Below, in pieces: positions 21,968 through 32,135 of a DNA stretch of 64,000 nt. The position numbers and the translations under genes are program-made. The stretch is from an uncultured Chloroflexia bacterium (GTDB lineage Bacteria > Chloroflexota > UBA6077 > JACCZL01). The notes below the pieces were generated by a model. That model searched no databases. It worked only from the letters and a program-made list of their open reading frames with translations, and was not told the origin of the DNA. Location of the stretch: positions 64,001-128,000 of the forward strand of contig CAVXYC010000030.1 of the NCBI GenBank assembly GCA_963765765.1. Reading direction: 5' to 3'. Position 1 is the stretch's first letter. Each line of letters begins with the position of its first letter.

Positions 21968-22789
21968 TCAACTCATCCGGTCCGCAACGTACCACGCCTG
22001 GACAACGCGGTTCTCATCTGTATTTCGTGTGCCCACGAGCCGTCCTACGTCCACGTGGCGCACCAGCTCGGCAGCTTTTGACCCGGGGTTTACGCCATCG
22101 CGAGGCGTTGTGCTGGGATTGATCTCCCAGTGAACAATGCGGAATCCAGCGGCTTCTACCATGCTTCGCGTCTCCGACTCGCTGCAGAGGAAGCTCATCG
22201 AAGCGTCGTGCGCCCAGGGGACCGGGAACAGAATCGGCTGCACGGGGCCGGCGAGGACGTCCTGGATCGCCATCCGGCCGCCCGGTCGGAGAATGCGGTG
22301 TATCTCCTGGAATAACCGTGGTTTATCGCTAATGTTCATCGTGGCATTCTGTGACCAGGCCACATCGAAGGTGGAGTCGGGGAAAGGCATGTTCAGCGCA
22401 TCGCCGTGCCGATGACTTACGTGCTCGCCAAGGCCGGTGAGCTGGGTGAGCCGCTCACCAACGCGGATGAACTCCTCGGTGAGATCCAGCACGGTAACCT
22501 GGGCGTCCAGGAGCTCGGCAAGTGTGCGAGCGGGACCGCCGTAGCCGCCGCCCACATCCAGAATGCTCGCCCTCCGCGGCAGGTCTGCCAGGTCTAGGAG
22601 TCCCAGAGTGGCCGTCTTGCCGCCGCCATGGAATTGGTCGAACCCGGCCAGATCGTCAGTTGACGGATGAGCTGAGTCGATTCCGGCCTTCTCCAGCTCC
22701 TCTAGGATGACCTCGTACAGATCATGACGGCCGTAATGCTCGTTGATGCGTTGCCAGCGATCTTCGGAGTTCGTCATGGTTGCCTCCAT
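21968..22789 (-). CDS. SAM-dependent methyltransferase (sarcosine/dimethylglycine N-methyltransferase-like)
   Basis: DQFHGGG..AT, LDVGGGYGGPAR, GDALNMPF, RILRPGGR. Confidence 0.85.
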   Translation of the reverse strand: MEATMTNSEDRWQRINEHYGRHDLYEVILEELEKAGIDSAHPSTDDLAGFDQFHGGGKTATLGLLDLADLPRRASILDVGGGYGGPARTLAELLDAQVTVLDLTEEFIRVGERLTQLTGLGEHVSHRHGDALNMPFPDSTFDVAWSQNATMNISDKPRLFQEIHRILRPGGRMAIQDVLAGPVQPILFPVPWAHDASMSFLCSESETRSMVEAAGFRIVHWEINPSTTPRDGVNPGSKAAELVRHVDVGRLVGTRNTDENRVVQAWYVADRMS

Positions 22790-22844
22790 GGAGCCTTCCG
22801 AGTAGCTCCCCCGCTTCCTGCCTGCGGAGCGATGTTCTCATTGT

Positions 22845-22884
22845 GCTCGCGGGAAGGGCTGGGGTAGGGTCCCTTCCCGCGAGC
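22845..22884. repeat. Intergenic hairpin
   Basis: GCTCGCGGGAAGGG ... CCCTTCCCGCGAGC perfect 14-bp stem. Confidence 0.6.
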
Positions 22885-22922
22885 TCTAATCCCGCCCCGA
22901 CATACGTATTCGCAGAAGCGTG

Positions 22923-24128
22923 TCACCACACCTCGTCCACTGACAGACCGAGCGCACTCCGCCCAGCGTACACCAGGGTCTTCTCCGGAGGAAGCGGATG
23001 GTACTTGCCCCCGCGAACATCGCGGTAAGCACGCTCAAGAGGCGATCGCTTGAAGTACGATGATCCGCCCGCCGCTTCCATCGCCAGGTCCACGACCTCT
23101 TCGGCCTCGGTGATGACGCAGCGCTTGGCGATGAGAGCCGCGTTCGTGTTCTGCTCATTCAAGGAGTAGTCGAAGTCTTCGCCAAGCTCAGTCAGGCTGC
23201 CCATGAGCGTCCACCAGGCTACACGAAGCTTGTAGTCCATGAGACCCACGAGCCGAATCAAGGCAGAATCCTCGGTCGGCACATCACCGTTGCGCGCGGG
23301 ACGGCGAGAAGCTACACGGACGGCTTCATTCCGAGCGCCCGCCGCGATTCCGAAGTAGACGCTGGCCATGGTCGGTCCGAAGTGGGTCAGCGCATTGTGG
23401 AATGCGGCGTCCCACCGGCCCCAGGGTCGACGCGCCGCGATCTGCGCCTCTGAGACGAATACGTCGTCAAGCTGAATGTCATGACTACCCGTGCCACGCA
23501 TGCCCAACGCATCCCACGTCTCCAGCACCTGAAAGCCTTCGCTGTTACGCGGAATGCCCATGGCCAGGACGATGCGTCCCTCCTGTGGATCGTCATACGC
23601 TGCCATCGTGCTCAGCACATTGGCGACCGGTGCCTGGCTGCAGAACGCCTTGCGCCCCGTGACTCGGTAGCCGCCCTCAACTCTTACGGCGGTGGCACTG
23701 GGCCACAGACTGTCAGAGCCACCGCTGGTCATCAAGATCAGGCCATCGTTGGCGACGCGTTTAAGAAGTCCATCCGCGCCAGGCGCTCCATGCTTCCACC
23801 GATACACGTTGGTCGTCACCAGGTACAGGTGCATGTTTACCGCGAGGGCCGTGGAGCCACAGTACCGGGCCAGCTCGGCCTGAGCGTAACATGTCTGACG
23901 AAGTGACGCGCCGAGGCCACCAAGCTCCTCAGGAACAATAAGCCGCGTATACCCAGATTCCCGCAGGGCCGAGTAGTGCTCAGACACGAAGGACCCATCG
24001 CGATCATGCTCCGCCGCGAGGGGCGCAATTCGCGCCCCAAGCTCGGCGGCCAGCGGCACGAAACGATCGTCTCCTTCGTGTAACGGCGACGGTCGGAACT
24101 CAGTGGTGCGAGTCATAGTCTGAATCAT
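22923..24128 (-). CDS. Acyl-CoA dehydrogenase family protein
   Basis: VPEELGGLG, GRKAFCS, WDALGMRGTGSHD, LERAYRDVR; GGAGG RBS before MIQTMT. Confidence 0.88.
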   Translation of the reverse strand: MIQTMTRTTEFRPSPLHEGDDRFVPLAAELGARIAPLAAEHDRDGSFVSEHYSALRESGYTRLIVPEELGGLGASLRQTCYAQAELARYCGSTALAVNMHLYLVTTNVYRWKHGAPGADGLLKRVANDGLILMTSGGSDSLWPSATAVRVEGGYRVTGRKAFCSQAPVANVLSTMAAYDDPQEGRIVLAMGIPRNSEGFQVLETWDALGMRGTGSHDIQLDDVFVSEAQIAARRPWGRWDAAFHNALTHFGPTMASVYFGIAAGARNEAVRVASRRPARNGDVPTEDSALIRLVGLMDYKLRVAWWTLMGSLTELGEDFDYSLNEQNTNAALIAKRCVITEAEEVVDLAMEAAGGSSYFKRSPLERAYRDVRGGKYHPLPPEKTLVYAGRSALGLSVDEVW

Positions 24129-24196
24129 GTCTCTACCTCCGTGAGCGTCACATTTGCTCGCTCGCTGGCAGACTACATCCCGACACATGGGCCGCC

Positions 24197-24248
24197 ATCC
24201 GGGGTTTCCGTGATTCTCAGTTTGGTCACGGTGAGGGAATTCCCTCAT
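24197..24248. promoter_or_regulatory. Two 18-bp dyad boxes, candidate LuxR-type regulator sites
   Basis: TGAGGGAATTCCCTCA perfect palindrome (24232-24247) and weaker ATCCGGGGTTTCCGTGAT (24197-24214), between the regulator and the acyl-CoA dehydrogenase gene. Confidence 0.5.
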
Positions 24249-24279
24249 CCATCAGGGTGCGTGAGAACAGCTCTTGCGC

Positions 24280-27238
24280 TCAGTCGCCCATCCCGTGGCG
24301 GAGCGCCCAGGCGATCGCTTCCGCTCGGCTGCGCACACCGAGCTTGGTATAGATGTGCGTCAGATGCCGGTCAACGGTCGCTACGCTGACCACCAGAGCG
24401 TCGGCAATCTCCCTGGTGGTAGCTCCGGTCACGAGGTGCTCGAGAACGGTGCGCTCGCGTGTGCTCAACCTATCGGACGCTTCGCTGGAGGGGACGGAGT
24501 CTGTCTCGGACACGGGTATCTGGAAGGCAATTGCCTCGTCGATGGCCTGGTCAATGGACATCGCTCGTCCGGTGGTCCAGGCTTTCTCAAAATCGTCCGA
24601 TGCCAGCCGCGCCCGAGCAGATTCCGTCGTCTCCGTAATGACCGACTCGGCTAGAGGTATCGGCATGACGTCGATGGCCGCGCTGAACGCATGGACGGCG
24701 CTGATCAGTCGGACCGCCCGCTCTGGATCGCCGAGTGCATTGATCAGAGCTGCCCAGGTAGCCAGGCCATTGTGAACGGTCCATGGTGTGCCCAGGCCCT
24801 GAAGCTGTGTGACGCCTGAGCGTACGAGCTCCAGCGCCGGACGATAGTCTCCGCGCCGAAACGCTACCAGGCCCTTGAGGTGGGAACAGATCGCTTCACC
24901 TTCCAGGAACCCGATCTCCTGCCGAATCGCGACAGCGCGGCCGTAGTGCTCCCACGCGGCGTCCAGATCATTGCCAATGTGCGCGGCCAGCGCCAGCAGG
25001 TGCACTGACCAGCCCATCAGCCACCGATCGCCGCACGCCTCGGCCACGCTCAGACTTCGCTGCCCCAGGCGCCTGGCGGCCTCGGCATCGTTTTCGAAAT
25101 ACCGAACACGCCCCATGACGTGAAGAACCCAGGCGTCAGCCCACTGATTGTGATGCTCCCGAGCGAGAGGCAGGGCCTCCTCGAGGAAGTGTTCAGCCGC
25201 GGCGCTATCGCGTTGGATGTGTGCCAACCAGGCTGCCCCGTAGAGCGCCTTGAGTCTCGCCTCGCCACCCGCCAGGATCGCTCAAGCGCCTGCTGCAACC
25301 AGCGCCGCCCTTCACTAATATGACCCCGCTGTGGCCAGAACCAGGCCAGCGCACCCGTTAAGCGAAGCTGCTCATCGTGGGCACGATCATCGGCGAAAAA
25401 GTAAGTGAGCGCAGCCCGCAGGTTATCGTGCTCGGCCTGCAGGCGGTCCAACCAGGCCAGTTGTGCTCGGCCACGCAGGAGCGGCTCCGCCACCTCCGCA
25501 AGCTGTAAAAAGTAGCCTGCCTGCCACCTTCGCATCGAAGCCAGCTCAGCCTCACTTTCGAGCTGCTCAATGCCGTATTCCCGAATGGTCTCGAGCATGG
25601 TGAAGCGCGGCTCGCCCGATGCCGCGTCCATGGGTCTGATCAGGCTCTGACTGATGAGCGACTCGACCCCATCGACGACTTCGTTCTCGACGATTGACCA
25701 ACGTTGATTACCAACGGTCGCGGCAGCCGCTGCTTCGGCGGACTCGAGCGTGAACCCGCCAACGAAGATTGCCAATCGTCGAAACAACAATTGTCCTCCG
25801 ATGGGAGCAGGTTGTAGCTCCAGGCGATAGTATTACGAAGCGTGCGCTGCCGATCGGGCAAATCCACGTTCCCACCGGTCAGGAGCTGCAGCCGCGGCGG
25901 CGATTGGGTCTCCTGAGGAGCGCCCGCAATCGTCGTCGCGTCGGGATCGGTAAGCGTGCCTCCGAGCCGAACGAGCATCGACTCAGCGGAGAAGATTCGG
26001 ACACGAGCCGCTGCCAGCTCCACGGCCAATGGCAGTCCATCGAGCCGGTGACAGATCTGTGCGACAGTCGCCGCGTTCTCCGAAGTGAGCATAAAGTCCG
26101 GCCGCACGGCGCGAGCGCGGTCTACAAATAGACGGACCGCCTCGGAGGCGGCGAAGCGATCGAGCGTCGTGAGTGACCCTGCGTCGGTCGGTTGCACGCT
26201 CGGCAGGTCAAGTGGCGGGACCGTCCGCTCACGCTCACCCGAGATTCGGAGTGCTATGCGACTTGTCACTAACAGGGTGCACCCGGAACAGCGCGTCAGG
26301 AGAGCCGCCAGGGCCGCGCCGGCAGCGTGCACCTGCTCGAAGTTGTCAAGTATCAAGAGCATGCGCTTGCTGCCCAGGTGATCGGCTAGCACCTCAATCG
26401 AAGGTCGTCCCTGCACGTCTGGCAGACCGAGCGCCTGCACCACCGTTGGAATGACGAGATCGGGATCCACGATGGGTGCCAGGGGTACAAAGCACAACCC
26501 ATCGGCGTAGCGGTCCGCGGTCAGCGCGGCGAGCTGAATGGCAAAGCGCGTCTTGCCCGTCCCGCCGGGTCCGGTGAGCGTCATCAACCGACAGTCAGTC
26601 AGGGCAGCGCATGCCTCCGCCAGCTCGCGCTCGCGTCCGATAAACGTCGTTAACTGCTCCGGCAGGCTCGGAGCGTGATGTCCGCCGGTACGGAGCGCTG
26701 GAAATTCTTCCGGCATTCCAGCCACGATGAGCTGAGCTAGGTGCTCCGCGCGCGGCAGATCCTTGAGCCAGTATTCGCCCAGATCGCGAAGCGCGACGCC
26801 GTTAGGAAGATCCGCTTCTATGAGCTCACGCGTGGATCGCGAGACGAGAATCTGCCCGCCATGGCCGGCGGCGCCGATACGCGCGGCCCGGTGCACGTCG
26901 AGCCCGATGTAGTTGCCGCCGACCACATCGGGCTGTCCCGTGTGGATGCCCATACGCGCGCGTATGGGACCCGCCGCCGCTGCCAATGCCGCGGCCAACG
27001 CCCGCTGGATGTCCAGTGCCGCGTTTACCGCATCGAGCGCACGGGCGAAGACCAAGAGGAAGCCATCGCCCTCGTTGCTGACTTCGTGGCCCCGACGCTC
27101 CGCGAGCGTCGCCCGAACCAGGGAGTGATACGACTGAAGCACGTCGCTGTAAGCATCGCCAAGCGCATGCAGCAGGCGAGTGGAGCCTTCAATATCGATC
27201 ACCAGGAACGTCACAGTCCCTGCGGGAATTGCGGTCAA
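24280..27238 (-). CDS. Adenylate/guanylate cyclase-STAND ATPase-TPR-LuxR regulator, two frameshifts (near 25790 and 25245)
   Basis: TFLVIDIEGST/EGDGF/RMGIHTG cyclase; GPGGTGKT Walker A; LILDNFE; LDGLPLAVELAA; LSTRERTVL...IYTKLGVRSR HTH. Confidence 0.88.
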
Positions 27239-27382
27239 GCCGCTCGCTCCTCGCGAGTCTTGAAAGGATGGTTACTCAGATTATCTCGCATTCAGAGTCG
27301 ATCGTCAGTGGCCTCATCTAACAATAGAGCAGAAGCAAACCAAGCGAATCGATCGTGTGGGGAAAAGAGGAGAGACACAACC

Positions 27383-27727
27383 ATACGCATGGTTTTTGTG
27401 AGTCTGCCGGTCAAAGGCCTGAACGCCTCCAAGGAGGTTTTTCCCAAACTCGGCTTCACCTTTAACAACGACTTCACAAATGATGAGGGAGCCTGCATGG
27501 TCGTGGATGAGAACATCTTCTGCATGCTACTCACCGAGCCGCACTTCAAGGGCCTCATCACCGGCGACATCAGTGATGCTCACAAGTCCATGGAAGTGAT
27601 CAACTGCCTTTCATGCCAGAGCTGGGAGGAAGTGGACGATATGGTAGCCACGGCACTCGCCGCGGGCGGCAAAGAGTGGAAGCCGAAGATAAAGCAGCAT
27701 GTATGGCTGGAGCCTCCAGGACCCTGA
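27383..27727 (+). pseudogene. VOC/glyoxalase family gene remnant
   Basis: MVFVSLPVKGL..SK..F.KLGFTFN..FT...ACMVV; C-terminal DPDGH motif lost. Confidence 0.65.
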
Positions 27728-27892
27728 CGGGCACGTATGGCAGCTGACGTATATGGAACAGCAGTAGCGAGCGACGTCCGGTCGGCGATGAACCAGACTT
27801 GATTACAGTGAGGAATTCGGCGCGTCTTTAAGGCAAGATGCGCAGAGTTCAATGTTCACCGCGCGTGACTGAGCACATCGGGGTTGACCACA

Positions 27893-28129
27893 TTAATGGG
27901 CGTAACTTCCGCGTACGCGTTGACCAACGTTGTCCGCCTGCTGTTGCGTGCTCAAGCGAGCCTGGAAATAGGGCTTCTCAAAGGTTCGCTCGAGCTCCAC
28001 GATGATGGGCTCCGAGACGATTAGTTCCCATTCACCAATTAGCCACAGGCGCAACAGGCGATCGGGGATGCTATCGCGCACAGTGAAGCCTGAAGCCAGG
28101 ACATTCGTGTCCAGGACAGCGCATTTCAC
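27893..28129 (-). pseudogene. PIN-domain toxin, C-terminally truncated
   Basis: AVLDTNVLAS...LIVSEPIIVEL motifs; only 78 aa; start overlaps the antitoxin stop (GTGA). Confidence 0.75.
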
Positions 28130-28455
28130 CCGCGATCGGAACTCAGAGTGGTCCTGCGGTTCTCAGCTCTGACTTCGGCGATCGCTCTGGAGATCTCACG
28201 CTCTACCTGCTCACCTGGGGCATCAGCAAACGCCGCCTGGCTGGCATCAAGGATCGCTAGATCCTTCTGGCGCTCGGCGTCCATTTGGTTTAGTCGATCC
28301 AGATCTTGAGCGGAGACAATGGCCGCGACAGGGATACCGCTTTTCTCAACGAGCACTCGCGCCTGGCGGCGAAAGACTCGGTTGAGCAGATCGCTGCATT
28401 GGGCTCGGGCTTCGGATGCTTTGATCGTTTGAGTCATAGGTTCACGCTCCGACAT
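28126..28455 (-). CDS. Phd/YefM family antitoxin
   Basis: TIKASEARAQCSDLLNRV...VLVEKSGIPVAAIVS; AAGGAGG RBS. Confidence 0.85.
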   Translation of the reverse strand: MSEREPMTQTIKASEARAQCSDLLNRVFRRQARVLVEKSGIPVAAIVSAQDLDRLNQMDAERQKDLAILDASQAAFADAPGEQVEREISRAIAEVRAENRRTTLSSDRG

Positions 28456-28483
28456 GGCACCTCCTTTCCAAGTGTCATAGTCC

Positions 28484-28526
28484 GTACAAATTTGTACAGA
28501 GTAGACGAAACTTGACAGAATGTCAA
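28484..28526 (-). promoter_or_regulatory. Sigma70 promoter and palindromic operator of the TA operon
   Basis: Minus strand TTGACA (28526-28521), 17 bp, TACTCT (28503-28498), followed by palindrome GTACAAATTTGTAC (28484-28497). Confidence 0.7.
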
Positions 28527-28581
28527 TAGGGCAATCGAGCCGCGGTGCCGATAACCATATAAACTCTTCATTGGATCATGG

Positions 28582-29652
28582 ATGCGAAGTCTCCGAATTG
28601 ACGACAAGCTGCCTTCCTGGGACAAGACTGAACCGCGGCATGAATGGAAAGGCATTCTAGTTGGCAACGGGGCTAGTCGTGCAGTTTGGGACGACTTCCA
28701 ATACACCTCTCTCTATGAAACGTCTCTATCAGGTGGTCCATATGGGAAGGTGAATAAGTATTTGAGACCCTATGCTGAAGAGCGTGGTCTGTGGCATTCG
28801 CTAACCAAAACTGACCAGGTCATATTCGAGTCAATGAAGACTCAGAATTTTGAACAAGTATTATCAGCACTGATGACTGCCAGGACCGTATGCGAATCAC
28901 TAAACATAGAAACTGCAACGATACAATCGTGCTACAAGAGCGTTCAAAATGCACTGATACACGCTGTTAAACATGTTCATATACCACATAATCTTGCTAA
29001 ACCTATGTTTGAGAATATAAGAGAATCACTCAGAATGCATTCAGTAATATTCTCAACGAACTACGATTTAATAATATATTGGGCTATTATGGATGGTTAG
29101 TATAAAGATTTTCCAGACTACTTCTGGGGGAAGGACAGTAGATTTAACAACACAGATACTAATACAAGACGAGTTGACGTAACGCGACTTCTATTTCTTC
29201 ATGGAGCTCTGCACCTGTATCGTGCTCAGGACGGTGAAACGTTTAAGTCCAAGAGTGACTTTGGCAGTACACTGTTAGATCAATTTGGAACATTGATGGG
29301 TGATGACTACACCCCGTTGTTTATAACCGAGGGAACAGCTCAAAATAAGCTTGCGTCCATTCACCATTCTGATTATCTGTCTTTTGCTTATCGAGAGTTT
29401 GAGCAGCACGATGGCCCGCTGGTGGTGTTCGGACAGGCACTTGGAGATAGTGACAAGCATTTGGTTGAAGCGATCGACGGCTGGGGAAAGAGGCCCATAG
29501 CAATTGGGATGTTGCCCAGCGACTCTGAGAGTATCAGGAAGCGGAAACTTGCTCTCCATCAGCAATTACCAAAGGCTGAGCTGCTTTTCTTCAATGCAAC
29601 AACGCATCCTCTGGGGTCGCCGAACCTTAAGGTTGCGCGGCCGACTCCCTAA
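28582..29652 (+). CDS. DUF4917 / SIR2-like domain protein interrupted by in-frame TAG at 29098
   Basis: ILVGNGAS, IFSTNYDLIIYWA, FLHGALHL, PLFITEG..K..I..SDYL, LVVFG.AL..D.HL; both halves in one frame; visibly AT-richer than flanks. Confidence 0.75.
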
Positions 29653-29656
29653 TGAT

Positions 29657-29938
29657 TCAGGGTTTATAAGAGCACCAGGAGCCATCGTCGTTCCTTTGAT
29701 GGCAGCTCCAGAAGGGGCCGCGGCGACTATGCATCAGCGTCATGGGAAGCTGATGCACCGCGCAGACGGGTGCGCGCAGCGGTTGTGATTCGGGATCAGC
29801 TTCAGGAAGCATTGATTCAGGCTTGCTCGCGGCGCGCTGGATGACCTGCTCGACTGTTTCTGATGGGTCTTTGGTTTGGCCCACCATCGCAAAATTTCCA
29901 GCCATCTTGGCAATCACCAGGTACGTGGTTTTACCCAT
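29657..29938 (-). CDS. Small hypothetical protein with C-terminal Zn-finger-like motif
   Basis: 93 aa from MGKTT; CAVH-x16-C-x9-C; GGGAG RBS; 37 bp downstream of recombinase. Confidence 0.6.
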   Translation of the reverse strand: MGKTTYLVIAKMAGNFAMVGQTKDPSETVEQVIQRAASKPESMLPEADPESQPLRAPVCAVHQLPMTLMHSRRGPFWSCHQRNDDGSWCSYKP

Positions 29939-29975
29939 CAGCTCACCACTCCCTTCTGTGAGGATGGGGTGGCGC

Positions 29976-30864
29976 TCATAGGCTGGTTTTCTCCATGGCC
30001 TTTCGGCCGCTTCGCTTGGCCAGGTGCACATAGATCTGGGTCGTGTCCAGTCGCGCGTGCCCCAGCCAATCCTTGAGCTGAAAGGCACTCACCCCGTGCT
30101 GAGCCTTATAGGTCGCGAAGGTATGCCTGAAGGAATGGCACCCTGCCCGCTTGGTGATCTGAGCACCCCGACGGTACTTGGTCACGAGTTTCTGCACTCC
30201 ACGCTGGCCGAGTGGCTCACCATACTGGTTCAAGAAGAGATGGTCATCGGACACGTCAGGTCGGACCTTCAGCCAGCTCCTGATGGCTTGCATGCCTTTC
30301 TTCTCCAGCTCGATCTGACGGGTCACCATGCCTTTACCCACCACAGTGATGAGCTGGTGCTCCAGGTCGACCGCTTCAAGCCGTAGGCTACACAGCTCGG
30401 ACACCCTGATCCCTGTCTGCAAGAACAGCTGGAGAATGGCAAAGTCCCTGGGGTTGCCCCCAGCTTGCGCCAACATTCTGGAATATTCATCGGGTGCCAG
30501 GATGGAGCGGGAGTTCTTCTCTTTCTTGGGTGTGTCCAAGCCTTCAGCAGGGGAGTGGGCGATGACTTGCAGATCTTCCCGCGCGAAACGGAAATATTCT
30601 CGGATCGCGGCCAGCTTGCGGGCTCGAGAGACCGCCCGAGAGTTTCTTCTCGCCCAGGCAGGCCAAATACTCCCGCACATCCACCCGAGCTACGTGATCC
30701 ACCGCGGCGATGGTGGCGTTGTTGGCGTGGATCCAGTCAATGAACTGACTCAGATCCGTGCGATAGGCACTCTGGGTGAGCTCGCTCCTGTTTCTGGCCT
30801 GCAACCAGCGGAGGAATTGCTCAAGCGCGAGTTCTAACGTGGGGGCTGTGGTGGTGATGGTCAT
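29976..30864 (-). CDS. XerC/XerD-like tyrosine recombinase, one frameshift near 30632
   Basis: SAM-like N-domain (TQSAYRTDLSQF, SRARKLAAIREYFRF); catalytic R (TGIRVSE), K (GKG), HSFRH, LGH, Y (TTQIY). Confidence 0.9.
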
Positions 30865-30967
30865 AGAGCTGGCTGGTGTCCTTCCAGGAACGATCACCAA
30901 AGAATGATCGACCTGACCCCAGAGTCTCACGACGGGCCCCGCGGCACAACAGCCTTTCTCCAGTAAA

Positions 30968-31109
30968 ACATGGTTCGCATAACCATGTCAATCGGGAGTT
31001 ATTGCGACCCCAAAGTAAGCGGGGTTGAGATCAGCTTGGGAAGCTCTGGTTCGCAGAAGAAGCGTTATGAGACCCGCGAGTCAGTCCGATAATGGGGGTT
31101 ATCGGAACG
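30968..31109. other. Cluster of dif-like recombination sites upstream of the recombinase
   Basis: GGTTCGCATAA half-site (30972); GGTTCGCAGAA-GAAGCG-TTATGAGACCC (31048-31075); CAGTCCGATAA-TGGGGG-TTATCGGAACG (31082-31109). Confidence 0.7.
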
Positions 31110-31125
31110 AAAAAAGCGGGCCTTG

Positions 31126-32135
31126 CTACTGGATGACTTCGGTGGCCTGCGTCAGGATGGACGGCGGGATGGTCAGCCCCAGGGCCTGCGCTGTTTTGAG
31201 ATTGATGACGAAGTCAAACCGTGGGCCGCTCCATCGGCAGGTCGCCGGGGCGAGCGCCGCGCAGGATCTTGTCCACGTATGGCGACGCACTCCGGTAGAC
31301 CTCGGATCGACTCAGCCCATATGCCAGCAAGCCTCCGGCCCGAGCGAACCCGGATTTTCTGCTGATCGACGGCAGCCGATACTGGAGCGCTAACTCGGCG
31401 AGGCGTCCCCACGCAGAGTCGAACTGAGGGTTGGTGAGAATCTTGAGGGCATCGGCGCCGTCTGCGGACATGGCCGCGAACGCTTCGTCGAGGCCGCTGA
31501 GGTCCGGGATGGGACGATGTGAAGCTGTAGCCCAGCCCAGGGCGCGGCCTCCTGGAGCGCCCGCTCGCGCGCGCTCCGCGGCGGTGGGGTGGGCGCGGGC
31601 TGAGCGGAGCACGGCTACGCGGGAGGCGAGCGGGACCGCTTCCTTCAAGAGTTGAAGCTGCTTGCCTTCCAGCTGCGCCCGCTCACGCCGGCCATCCCGG
31701 TGATATTCCCGCCGGGCGCGCGATGTTGTCGACGAGCCCGATCTCAATCGCTCGCCGCAGACGAGGATCGCCACGAGGGGGAGGGTGACTGGTCGCCTGC
31801 TTGGCGGCGGCGCTAGCCTTCGAGGCCGTACGCAACCAGCTCGACGTTCCGCGCACGAGCTCGTTCGCGAGGGCCCGTACCGTTGAGAGTCCCCTCGGAC
31901 CAGCGGGACTCCACGGCGAGGTTGCGCCCCTCGACCCAGCCCAGCTCCGCATCTCATCCCAGAACGCGTCCCAACGGGCGCTAGGCGAATCACCGAGGAC
32001 GCCGATCAGGCGCACCGGCTCGGACGTTGGGGCCTGGGGAGGGAGCAGCCCGCAGCCGGCCAGCAGAGCGAGGCCTGACACGGACAGGCCGCCGCGCAGG
32101 AAATCGCGTCGCTGTAGAACGTGGAACAAGGTCAC
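31126..32135 (-). pseudogene. Orphan ABC substrate-binding protein paralog B (ABC_sub_bind type), many frameshifts
   Basis: RRDFLRGGLSVSGLALLAGCG signal; GKQLQLLKE, AGGLLAYG, YVDKILRGARPGDLPMERP, ATEVIQ* end. Confidence 0.8.

Noticed and set aside
12422-29100. Genome-wide TAG reassignment
   Set aside because: TAG cleanly terminates many genes (for example 2251, 13562, 15028, 46889, 56103).
31048-31109. The single chromosomal dif site with housekeeping xerC
   Set aside because: Several sites with different cores in a decayed island fit an element better. It cannot be fully excluded without GC skew, so no gene symbol is given.
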